The notes below the pieces were generated by a model. That model made no database searches. It was not told where the DNA came from and worked only from the letters and a program-made list of their open reading frames with translations. The translations under genes and the position numbers were made by a program. Positions 9,601-16,828 of a stretch of 32,000 nucleotides of DNA are shown here, one piece after another. The DNA lies in NCBI GenBank assembly GCA_025058595.1, contig JANXEK010000015.1, forward strand, positions 2,648 through 34,647, given 5' to 3'. The first letter of the stretch is position 1, and every line of letters begins with the position of its first letter. The DNA comes from Candidatus Bathyarchaeota archaeon. GTDB taxonomy: Archaea > Thermoproteota > CALKCG01 > B24 > DRYS01.

Positions 9601-10492
9601 GCTTATAGAGATCGTAGATGCTCGTAGAACACCATCTACACCGGTGATGACGATAAGACTAGCCGAAGACTATCGTTACGATCGGGAGAAAGCTGTTAGG
9701 ATAGCACAAGAGCTAGTCTACACTACGTTTAAGGATATAGTAGCGAAGTATATATTGAATATAGAGAGTGGCAGTATAGAGTTTATCCTCAACATCGATG
9801 AGATGAATGCGCGTGGAGTATCGTACGATATATTGTCAGATAGACTTCAGATTAAGGATGTGGAGTTCTCCATACTGCCGGAGCGTAATCTGATGATCGC
9901 TAGATATAGGGGTGGTAGGATGCCTGATGAGGCATCCCTAAGAATCCTTGCTTCCAAGATACTGTCTATCCATGTGAAGGGTGTGAAGGGTATAGTGAGG
10001 GTTCAGGTAGCTGAGGATAAGGGGGAGTGGGTCCTCCTAGCTGAAGGTTCAAACCTAGCGGGAGTTATGGAGATCGAAGGTATCGATCCATCTAGGATAG
10101 AGACGAATAACTTCTTCGAGGTATGCGATGTTTTGGGGATAGAAGCTGCTAGGAGTGCCATCATAAACGAGGTAATGAACGTATTCCAAGGTATAGGTGG
10201 AGGTTTAGATCTAGATGTAAGGCACATACTGCTCGTAGCCGATATGATGACTAGGACCGGTAAGATTACGCAGATAGGTCGTCATGGGATAGCGGGTCAA
10301 AAGCCTAGCCCACTAGCTAAGGCTGCCTTCGAGATAACGGTTCCTAGCATAGTGGAGTCTGCCGTAAGAGGTTCCCTAGATGAGCTTAAAGGTGTAACCG
10401 AAAATATAATAGTGGGTCAGGTAACCCCTATAGGTACCGGTTTCGTGGATATCTATATGGAGCCTTTAAGCGCTCCACCTGGTGGAGGGTAG
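6644..10492 (+). CDS. rpoA: DNA-directed RNA polymerase largest subunit, with A' (Rpo1N) and A'' (Rpo1C) encoded as one uninterrupted ORF
   Basis: 1282 aa.
- A' hallmarks: Zn motifs CRTC..CPGH and CRNC..CPHC, and the catalytic [10 protein letters not shown] (nt 8012-8041).
- A'' hallmarks: [30 protein letters not shown] (from nt 9476) and [13 protein letters not shown].
- There is no stop codon between the two halves.
- The length is close to what I recall for Sulfolobus A' (about 880 aa) plus A'' (about 390 aa). Confidence 0.97.
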   Translation: [1282 protein letters not shown]

Positions 10493-10515
10493 GAGGTCGA
10501 TAAGCCATCTCCCTG

Positions 10516-10824
10516 GTGGAAATCTCCAGATCGATCCTTAACGCTGTAAGAACAGGTAGAGTGTATATAGGAGCTAAATCGACTTTTAGATCCGTTATGT
10601 TTAGAAGGGCTAGGCTAGTAGTTTTAGCGGAGAACGCTCCTAAAAATCTAGCTGACGGTATAACCTACTACTGTAAGCTTGCAGGTATACCTATATATAT
10701 TTATAGGGGGTCGAGTATAGAACTTGGTAGAGCATGCGGTAAACCGTTCCCCGTATCCGCTTTAGGTATAAGGGATCCAGGTGATAGCGATGTATTCGAG
10801 CTATTAGGGGTGGAGCCTAGGTGA
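10516..10824 (+). CDS. rpl30e: 50S ribosomal protein L30e
   Basis: 102 aa. The blocks TGRVYIGAKST, LVVLAENAP, YYCKLAGIPIY, SIELGRACGKPFPVSALGIRDPGDS match archaeal L30e. It occupies the canonical position after rpoA. GTG start. Confidence 0.9.
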   Translation: MEISRSILNAVRTGRVYIGAKSTFRSVMFRRARLVVLAENAPKNLADGITYYCKLAGIPIYIYRGSSIELGRACGKPFPVSALGIRDPGDSDVFELLGVEPR

Positions 10825-10830
10825 TACGCG

Positions 10831-11271
10831 ATGCCTGAGATAAGATTTACTAAAGATGAGATGCAGTACATAACCCTCCTGGAGACCGTAGCTCAAGTTG
10901 AGTGCCAGGATTGCATAATAGACAGCGAAAGGGGTAGGGTAATATTCATAGTTAAGGAGGGTGACGTAGGGAAAGCTATAGGTAAGAGCGGCGTTAACGT
11001 TAAACGTCTCTCGCAGATACTTGGGAAATCTATAGAGATAGTAGAGTATAGCGGTGATCCTGTTAAACTTTTGATGAACGCTTTCACACCTGCTAAGGTT
11101 AAAGAGATCCGTATAATCGAGAGACCTAGTAAAGGTAAGATAGCTATAGCCATAGTCGAACCTAGGAGTAAAGGTTTAGCTATAGGTAGGAATGGTAGGA
11201 ATATAGATAGGGTTAGGAAGATAGCTAAGCGGTACTTCGATATAGACCATGTAGTCGTGAGAGAGGCTTAG
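10831..11271 (+). CDS. nusA: Archaeal NusA-like transcription termination/antitermination protein (two KH domains)
   Basis: 146 aa with two KH GxxG loops (GKAIGKSGVNVKRL and GLAIGRNGRNIDRV). It lies in the canonical position between rpl30e and rps12. Confidence 0.9.
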   Translation: MPEIRFTKDEMQYITLLETVAQVECQDCIIDSERGRVIFIVKEGDVGKAIGKSGVNVKRLSQILGKSIEIVEYSGDPVKLLMNAFTPAKVKEIRIIERPSKGKIAIAIVEPRSKGLAIGRNGRNIDRVRKIAKRYFDIDHVVVREA

Positions 11272-11285
11272 GTTTGTAGCGGAGG

Positions 11286-11297
11286 TAAATTTTTAAA
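11286..11297 (+). promoter_or_regulatory. A/T-rich TATA-like element (TAAATTTTTAAA) flanked by two GGAGGTA copies, upstream of rps12
   Basis: The sequence is GGAGGTA-AATTTTTAA-AGGAGGTA at 11281-11304, about 60 nt upstream of the rps12 ATG. It could act as an internal promoter, and its T5 run could act as the nusA terminator. Confidence 0.3.
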
Positions 11298-11357
11298 GGA
11301 GGTATCTATGTCCTTCTCTCATAAGTAAAAGGGGAAGGTATGGTTAAGGGTTAAGCT

Positions 11358-11783
11358 ATGCCTGGGGAATTCGCGGCTAGGAATCTTAAGAAGAGGAGGA
11401 AGAAATTTAGGTGGAGCCTTAGGGAGTATAAGCGTAAGATGTTAGGGTTGGATATAAAAGCTAATCCTCTCGAAGGCGCACCTATGGCTAGAGGTATAGT
11501 TCTCGAGAAGGTCGGTATCGAATCTAAGCAGCCTAATAGCGCTATCAGGAAGTGTGTACGTGTACAGCTTATAAAGAATGGAAAAGTCGTGACAGCCTTC
11601 CTCCCAGGTGATGGAGCTCTAAACGTCATAGATGAGCATGATGAAGTGTTGATAGAAAGTATAGGCGGTACCAGGGGTAGATCTATGGGTGACATCCCAG
11701 GTGTAAGGTTTAAGGTTACGACGGTTAATGGTGTTCCGCTTAAGCTATTAGTTCAGGGTAAAGCTCAGAAGCCTATGAGGTAG
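11358..11783 (+). CDS. rps12: 30S ribosomal protein S12 (uS12)
   Basis: 141 aa. [35 protein letters not shown] and [27 protein letters not shown] are near-identical to crenarchaeal S12. Confidence 0.97.
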   Translation: MPGEFAARNLKKRRKKFRWSLREYKRKMLGLDIKANPLEGAPMARGIVLEKVGIESKQPNSAIRKCVRVQLIKNGKVVTAFLPGDGALNVIDEHDEVLIESIGGTRGRSMGDIPGVRFKVTTVNGVPLKLLVQGKAQKPMR

Positions 11784-11790
11784 ATCCGAT

Positions 11791-12375
11791 GTGAGTCACA
11801 CAGATTTGTACCAGGGTATTAAACTCTTCGGTAAGTGGGAGTTTACAGGTATAGAGGTAAGGGATCCAGGTTTAAGGAGGTACATATGCCTCAAACCTAT
11901 CACTATACCGTATACAGGCGGTAGACATGAACATAGGAAGTTCGGTAAAGCCGATGTCCCTATAGTCGAGAGATTTGCAAACCAGCTTATGAGACCAGGT
12001 AAGAATACCGGTAAAAAAATTAAGGCTATAAAGATAGTTAAAAACACGTTCGATCTAGTGTATCTAAAGACAGGTAGGAATCCTATAGAGGTCCTCGTTA
12101 GAGCTGTAGAGAATGCAGCTCCATGCGAGGATGTCACTAAAGTTGTATACGGCGGTATAGTATACTTCAAAGCTGTCGATATATCGCCTACACGTAGGCT
12201 AGACCTAGCTCTAAGATGGATAGTGGAGGGGGCTAGAAAGGCTGCTTGGAAGAATCCTAAAACCATAGACGAATGCCTCGCTGATGAACTTATACTAGCA
12301 GCTGATGGAAACGCTAAATCCTACGCTATTCAGAAGAGGGATGAATTGGAGCGTATCGCCGCAGCTTCCAGGTAA
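11791..12375 (+). CDS. rps7: 30S ribosomal protein S7 (uS7)
   Basis: 194 aa with a GTG start 7 nt after the rps12 stop. The N-terminus [24 protein letters not shown] is typical of archaeal S7. Confidence 0.95.
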   Translation: MSHTDLYQGIKLFGKWEFTGIEVRDPGLRRYICLKPITIPYTGGRHEHRKFGKADVPIVERFANQLMRPGKNTGKKIKAIKIVKNTFDLVYLKTGRNPIEVLVRAVENAAPCEDVTKVVYGGIVYFKAVDISPTRRLDLALRWIVEGARKAAWKNPKTIDECLADELILAADGNAKSYAIQKRDELERIAAASR

Positions 12376-12520
12376 TCTCGAATAGCTTTGCCAGCCATAC
12401 CCAGCTGTATATCGCTATCGTTTTAATAGAGTATCTTCCATTACCAACCCTATCTAGGTTGCAATACCATAAAGGTTATCCGTTCAGAAACTGCTGAGCA
12501 GTCCCTTGTTTAGGGTAGAG

Positions 12521-12530
12521 TTTATAAATA
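12521..12530 (+). promoter_or_regulatory. Consensus archaeal TATA box (TTTATAAATA) for tuf
   Basis: This is a near-perfect TTTAWA-type TATA box. It ends 24 nt upstream of the tuf ATG at 12555, which fits a leaderless or very short-leader transcript. It lies in a 179-nt spacer after rps7. Confidence 0.5.
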
Positions 12531-12554
12531 GGCTTCTCTAAGGATATTCCAGAG

Positions 12555-13871
12555 ATGAGCTCTAGTAAACCTCATCTAAACCTCGTAGTATGTGGGCATG
12601 TCGATCACGGTAAAAGCACTATGATGGGCCACCTACTATACCTATTGGGAGCGGTAGATGAGAAGACGTTGAAGGAGTATGAGGAGCAAGCTAGAGCTTT
12701 AGGTAAGGAGACCTTCAAGTTTGCATGGGTTCTAGATAGGCTTAAGGAGGAGAGGGAGAGGGGGTTAACGATAGACCTATACTACACGAAGTTCGAGACC
12801 GATAAGTACTTCTTCACATTGATAGATGCTCCCGGTCATAGAGACTTCATAAAGAATATGATAACAGGCGCTAGTCAAGCTGACTGCGCCTTACTGGTAG
12901 TCTCTGCTAAGCAAGGTGAGTATGAAGCTGGTATAGGTCCGCAGGGGCAGACTAGGGAGCATGCATTCCTATTGAAAACTCTTGGTGTAAACCAACTTGT
13001 AGTAGCTATCAATAAGATGGATGATCCATCTGTGAATTGGAGTCAAGCAAGATTCAACGAGGTTAAATCAGGTGTAGAACGCCTCCTCAGACTTGTCGGG
13101 TACGATGTATCTAGGATACCTATAGTACCCGTATCGGCTTGGACCGGTGATAACCTTGTTAAACCGAGCGATAAGATGCCGTGGTATAGGGGTCCGACGC
13201 TATTTAAAGCTCTAGATGTATTCGAAGTCCCACCTAAACCTATCGATAAGCCTTTGAGAATACCTATACAGGATGTCTATAGTATATCTGGTGTAGGTAC
13301 AGTTCCTGTCGGTAGAGTTGAAACAGGTGTACTTAGGGAGGGTGACAGGGTTGTATTCGCTCCATCAGGTAGGATAGGTGAAGTTAGATCTATAGAGACC
13401 CATCATGTAAGGATAAAGGAGGCTATACCAGGCGATAATATAGGGTTCAACGTTAGAGGTTTAAGCCGTACCGATATCCGTAGGGGCGATGTAGTAGGTC
13501 CGGTGAATAATCCACCCACCGTTGTACGAGAGTTTATAGGCCAGATAGTCGTCGTATACCATCCGACGGCTATAGCTGTAGGATATACACCGGTACTTCA
13601 CATACATACTGCTACAGTGCCTGTGAAGTTTGCGGAGCTTATAGCTAAGATTAACCCTAGGACAGGTGAAGTTTTAGAGGATCACCCATCATTCCTTAGA
13701 ACAGGCGATGTCGCTCTAGTAAGATTCCAGCCGCTTAAACCTGTAGTAGCAGAGCTATACTCCGAGTTCCCGCAGCTAGGTAGATTCGCAGTTAGAGATA
13801 TGGGTATGACGATCGCTGCAGGTATAGTGAAGGAGATAACGCAGAAAGAATCTCTCGAGGTTAAAGGATAG
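12555..13871 (+). CDS. tuf: Translation elongation factor 1-alpha (aEF-1A)
   Basis: 438 aa. GTPase motifs are present: GHVDHGKST (G1), DAPGHRDF (G3) and NKMD (G4). Full-length similarity to archaeal EF-1alpha. Confidence 0.98.
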   Translation: MSSSKPHLNLVVCGHVDHGKSTMMGHLLYLLGAVDEKTLKEYEEQARALGKETFKFAWVLDRLKEERERGLTIDLYYTKFETDKYFFTLIDAPGHRDFIKNMITGASQADCALLVVSAKQGEYEAGIGPQGQTREHAFLLKTLGVNQLVVAINKMDDPSVNWSQARFNEVKSGVERLLRLVGYDVSRIPIVPVSAWTGDNLVKPSDKMPWYRGPTLFKALDVFEVPPKPIDKPLRIPIQDVYSISGVGTVPVGRVETGVLREGDRVVFAPSGRIGEVRSIETHHVRIKEAIPGDNIGFNVRGLSRTDIRRGDVVGPVNNPPTVVREFIGQIVVVYHPTAIAVGYTPVLHIHTATVPVKFAELIAKINPRTGEVLEDHPSFLRTGDVALVRFQPLKPVVAELYSEFPQLGRFAVRDMGMTIAAGIVKEITQKESLEVKG

Positions 13872-13941
13872 TCACCATAACGTTTTGATGAAAAGTTAAA
13901 ATAACTGTTTCTCTCCTCCTCTTTCACCTGGTTTAGGCATT

Positions 13942-14256
13942 ATGTCTCAGGTAGCTTCGATTAAGCTAGTATCGACCAACTTGGAGAAGCTGGAGGAGGT
14001 CTGTAGAGAGATAAGAGAAGTAGCTGAGAAGACTGGTGTACCTATCTCAGGCCCTATACCTCTACCTACTAAACGCGTGAAGATCGTAACTAGGAAGACT
14101 CCATGCGGTGAGGGTAGCCATACATTCGATAGATGGACTCTGAAGATACATAAACGTCTGATAAAAGTGCCTGCTAACGAAAGCTTCATGAGGAGGTTCA
14201 TGAGGATAAGGATCCCAGAGGAAGTTCATATAGAGGTGAAGCTTACTCCTCGATGA
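13942..14256 (+). CDS. rps10: 30S ribosomal protein S10 (uS10)
   Basis: 104 aa. IKL.S.....LE..C..I...A...G...SGPIPLPTK and THKRLI are S10 hallmarks. It sits in the canonical position after tuf. Confidence 0.95.
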   Translation: MSQVASIKLVSTNLEKLEEVCREIREVAEKTGVPISGPIPLPTKRVKIVTRKTPCGEGSHTFDRWTLKIHKRLIKVPANESFMRRFMRIRIPEEVHIEVKLTPR

Positions 14257-14654
14257 GCGGCTATAACAAGGGATATATCTCGTCAGAAGATTCTAGCTTC
14301 AAGTATACGCAGAATATAATCGTCAGGCTAGATTTGAATCTATCTAGGGGGAAGCTCTGCGCTCAAGCTGCTCATGCAGCCGTAGAGGCTTCGGAGAAAG
14401 CTAGGGTGCAGAAACCGGTGTGGTGGGAGTTGTGGATGAAGGAGGGTCAGAGGAAGGTGGTCCTATACGTGGATACACTCGAAGAGCTTCTAAGATTGAA
14501 GGAGGAAGCTGAAAAGTTGGGTCTCCCCTCAGCGTTGATAGAGGATAGAGGGTTGACAGAGGTGCCGCCTAGAACCGTGACATGCCTAGCTATAGGGCCT
14601 GCTCCGATAGAACTCGTGAATACGATAACCGGAAAGCTTAAGCTTTTAAGGTAA
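14253..14654 (+). CDS. pth2: Peptidyl-tRNA hydrolase, archaeal/eukaryotic Pth2 type
   Basis: 133 aa. GKLCAQAAHAAV, KVVL and GLPSALIEDRGLTEVPP.TVTCLAIGP match the PTH2 family. Its start overlaps the rps10 stop by 4 nt (ATGA). Confidence 0.9.
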   Translation: MSGYNKGYISSEDSSFKYTQNIIVRLDLNLSRGKLCAQAAHAAVEASEKARVQKPVWWELWMKEGQRKVVLYVDTLEELLRLKEEAEKLGLPSALIEDRGLTEVPPRTVTCLAIGPAPIELVNTITGKLKLLR

Positions 14655-14676
14655 TCCACCGTAAGCTATTCTAGCA

Positions 14677-15552
14677 TTGCTGGGATCAGTCTTAGCTGTA
14701 TCTGCAGCTTTAACGTGGGCTATATCCAATATATCGATAAGACGGAATATCGAAGAAGCAGGCTTTCTAGCTGTTTCACTGGTTTTAACGGTTACCGGTA
14801 TACTATTCTTCACACCTCTAGCCATAGCTTCTATAGGATCTCAACCGGATTTCAGAGCGATCATGGTCTTCCTACTCGCAGGATTTATACAGCCAGGAAT
14901 CACTCGTATACTGTATTATATGAGTGTAGAGAAGCTTGGTGTAACTATAACGTCGTCTCTAACATCTTCGGTTCCGATATTCAGTACACTCTTCGCCTAT
15001 ATGATATTGAAGGAGGAGGCATCGTATACGCTATGGCTTGGTATACTGTTACTCATCATAGGATCCATAGCGATCCAGCTTTCCATCAGTCACGATGCTC
15101 GTACAAAGGATTTTAAGATCAGATACTTGATATACCCGTTTGCATCCTCCATCTTCGGTGGGATCGGATATGTCGCTAAGAAGTATGGGCTGAATATATG
15201 GAATGCACCTGCGGTAGGCATATTCCTAGGATATATCTCGAGTTCTATCCTATACTTCTTCATACTTATAGCTCTAAACAGAAGGAATCACAACTCCACC
15301 AGGTTTATCGATGGGCGCTCCTTCAATCTTCTATGGAAGCCTAGTATAGGTATCGCCACCGGGCATCTACTCTCATCCTACGCTCTAACTTATGCCGATG
15401 TCTCGATAGTAACATCCCTACAACAGACCCAGCCTTTATTCGTAATACTATTAGCGAGACGCTATCTACCGAAGCTTGAGATAATAGATCTGAAGCTTAT
15501 ATTAGGCACCATCGCTATACTATGCGGCGCTATCCTTGTATCGACGATCTAA
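14677..15552 (+). CDS. EamA/DMT-superfamily membrane transporter
   Basis: 291 aa and very hydrophobic, with about 10 predicted TM segments arranged as two repeated halves. This is typical of EamA-domain permeases. TTG start. Substrate unknown. Confidence 0.75.
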   Translation: MLGSVLAVSAALTWAISNISIRRNIEEAGFLAVSLVLTVTGILFFTPLAIASIGSQPDFRAIMVFLLAGFIQPGITRILYYMSVEKLGVTITSSLTSSVPIFSTLFAYMILKEEASYTLWLGILLLIIGSIAIQLSISHDARTKDFKIRYLIYPFASSIFGGIGYVAKKYGLNIWNAPAVGIFLGYISSSILYFFILIALNRRNHNSTRFIDGRSFNLLWKPSIGIATGHLLSSYALTYADVSIVTSLQQTQPLFVILLARRYLPKLEIIDLKLILGTIAILCGAILVSTI

Positions 15553-15568
15553 GCTCAATAAAACATAT

Positions 15569-16516
15569 CTACCGATCCCCTATCTTCTCGTATACCGCTA
15601 ACAATAATATAGGTAGAATTACCGTCGCTTCACCATCGACTACCGCGTAATCCGCTTCAGGCTTCAACTTACCCCAGCTTATCGCTTCTCTAGGTCTAGC
15701 TCCAGATAGGCTTCCATCGTATTCAACCGCCGTCGTTATATATATCGCTTTATCCAATCCCCCTCTAAACTGGCTATACCAGATTACTGTATGCTTACTT
15801 ATCCCTCCACCTACTATCAACGCAGCTAGTTTCTCAGCATCGTAGATTTGATTCAGAAGGCTATTCATATCGCTCCAGAAATCTACATCGAATCTCCTCC
15901 TCCTGGAGTGTAGAAATAGCTGGAAGCCGAAGCATGAATCTAGGACTCCGAGCGAATACAACGGGATTTTACGTAGGTATAACGCTCTGAGTATAGAGTT
16001 TTCATCCTCTATCCTCCTACCTATCTCCCAGCATAACTCTCGTACACTCCATCTATCCTTAACACTGCTCAGTTCATCTAGGATCCGCATAATCTTCGAT
16101 TCTATCGATAAACCATAGTTCTCCATAGGTATCAGCAGGTTACCTAGTCTATGTATGTTAAGCTTGCTTAGAAGTACATCGTCTAGATCGAAGGATCCGT
16201 GATAATATTCGCCGTAAGCTCTAGCTATGTCGTGATCTATTGTTCCACCCGTCGTAACTATCCCATCTACGTATCCTCTACCTATGAAGTCGGCTATAAC
16301 GCCTCTAAGACCTGTAGCTACTATGCAAGCGGGAAACGAGAATAGTAGAGTATAACCATCATCCCTTAACACATCTACGAGTATCCTCACAGCTTCAGCT
16401 AAGTTTTTAGCCGTGAACCCTCCGCTACACTCCATACGATCTATAAGCTCGCCGATAGACATATGCTCCTTTAAACCGTAATCTTTAACTCTTCTAACTA
16501 GCAACTTCTCTCTCAT
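15569..16516 (-). CDS. dys: Deoxyhypusine synthase (aIF5A modification)
   Basis: 315 aa. TGGTIDHD, GGGISKH and EAISWGK (catalytic Lys region) are deoxyhypusine synthase motifs. Confidence 0.93.
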   Translation of the reverse strand: MREKLLVRRVKDYGLKEHMSIGELIDRMECSGGFTAKNLAEAVRILVDVLRDDGYTLLFSFPACIVATGLRGVIADFIGRGYVDGIVTTGGTIDHDIARAYGEYYHGSFDLDDVLLSKLNIHRLGNLLIPMENYGLSIESKIMRILDELSSVKDRWSVRELCWEIGRRIEDENSILRALYLRKIPLYSLGVLDSCFGFQLFLHSRRRRFDVDFWSDMNSLLNQIYDAEKLAALIVGGGISKHTVIWYSQFRGGLDKAIYITTAVEYDGSLSGARPREAISWGKLKPEADYAVVDGEATVILPILLLAVYEKIGDR

Positions 16517-16539
16517 ACCTACCGCCTCTTAAAGTTAGG

Positions 16540-16547
16540 TTTATAAT
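16540..16547. promoter_or_regulatory. Single TATA-like octamer (TTTATAAT / ATTATAAA) apparently shared by divergent dys and ORF 16570
   Basis: The 53-nt spacer holds one strong TATA-like element. Its centre is about 27 nt from the dys ATG (16516, minus strand) and about 26 nt from the GTG at 16570 (plus strand). This is the classical TATA-to-TSS distance, so both mRNAs would be leaderless. Confidence 0.4.
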
Positions 16548-16569
16548 CTTGAATCTATAAGCATTTTAA

Positions 16570-16824
16570 GTGTTCCCAGATATGGATGATGCTAGATTCA
16601 AAGTTAAAGTCGAGCAGGTTAGTAGAGCTGTGAAAGTTCCGAAGGAGCTTATCAGCGAATTAGAGGGAGCTAGTAAGAGTATGGTAGGTAGGATGAGGAG
16701 GGAAGCTGTAGATTGCCCGGTATTAGGGTATCGGGTCTCGTTTATACAATGCTTCCTATGCTCTAACTTCCTTAGAAGGTTTAGAAGTATCGTATACTGT
16801 AAAGGCGAACCCCTAGGAGGATAA
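16570..16824 (+). CDS. Hypothetical small protein (84 aa) with an N-terminal segment weakly resembling an AbrB/SpoVT-type motif and a C-terminal Cys-rich segment
   Basis: GTG start at 16570, with an alternative ATG at 16582. VSRAVKVPKELISEL weakly resembles the ..ItIPKEiReeL.. strand-helix of AbrB/SpoVT swapped-hairpin domains. Four Cys residues occur in DCPVLGYRVSFIQCFLCSNFLRRFRSIVYC. I recognise no family with confidence. Confidence 0.4.
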   Translation: MFPDMDDARFKVKVEQVSRAVKVPKELISELEGASKSMVGRMRREAVDCPVLGYRVSFIQCFLCSNFLRRFRSIVYCKGEPLGG

Positions 16825-16828
16825 ATGC

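Noticed and set aside
6644-10492. The possibility that the large rpoA ORF is long because of an intein or another insertion rather than an A'/A'' fusion.
   Set aside because: The length (1282 aa) is close to the A' plus A'' lengths I recall for Sulfolobus. Both sets of conserved blocks appear in the normal order. No intein-like blocks (Cys/Ser-start or His-Asn-Cys junctions with a homing-endonuclease region) were seen.
11308-11328. A six-codon mini-ORF (MSFSHK) directly after a perfect GGAGGT SD, upstream of rps12. It could be a leader peptide.
   Set aside because: The GGAGGT is one half of the GGAGGTA-AATTTTTAA-AGGAGGTA arrangement around a probable TATA/oligo-T element. A TSS from that TATA would fall inside or after the mini-ORF. 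At 6 codons with SD spacing of only 4 nt, chance is the simplest explanation.
11340-11357. An in-frame ATG (11340) followed by a TAA (11352) just upstream of the rps12 start. It could indicate stop-codon read-through or a broken N-terminus.
   Set aside because: The product starting at 11358 ([12 protein letters not shown]..) already aligns with the N-terminal region of crenarchaeal S12. Nothing suggests recoding.
12376-12554. A hidden tRNA or small structured RNA in the longest intergenic spacer.
   Set aside because: There is no T-loop (GTTCRANYC-like) or acceptor-stem complementarity. I found only a 4-bp hairpin (CTGC-TGA-GCAG). That is not enough to call an RNA gene by eye.
13886-13891. 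A C-box-like TGATGA in the tuf-rps10 spacer, which could indicate a C/D box sRNA.
   Set aside because: No CUGA D or D' box and no second C' box occur at the appropriate spacing, and there are no terminal complementary ends. It is a lone hexamer.
14715-15116. A 133-aa same-strand ORF in an alternative frame inside the EamA transporter gene.
   Set aside because: The transporter frame gives a coherent ~10-TM hydrophobic protein. The alternative frame gives a His-, Tyr- and Arg-rich sequence with no features and no SD or promoter of its own.
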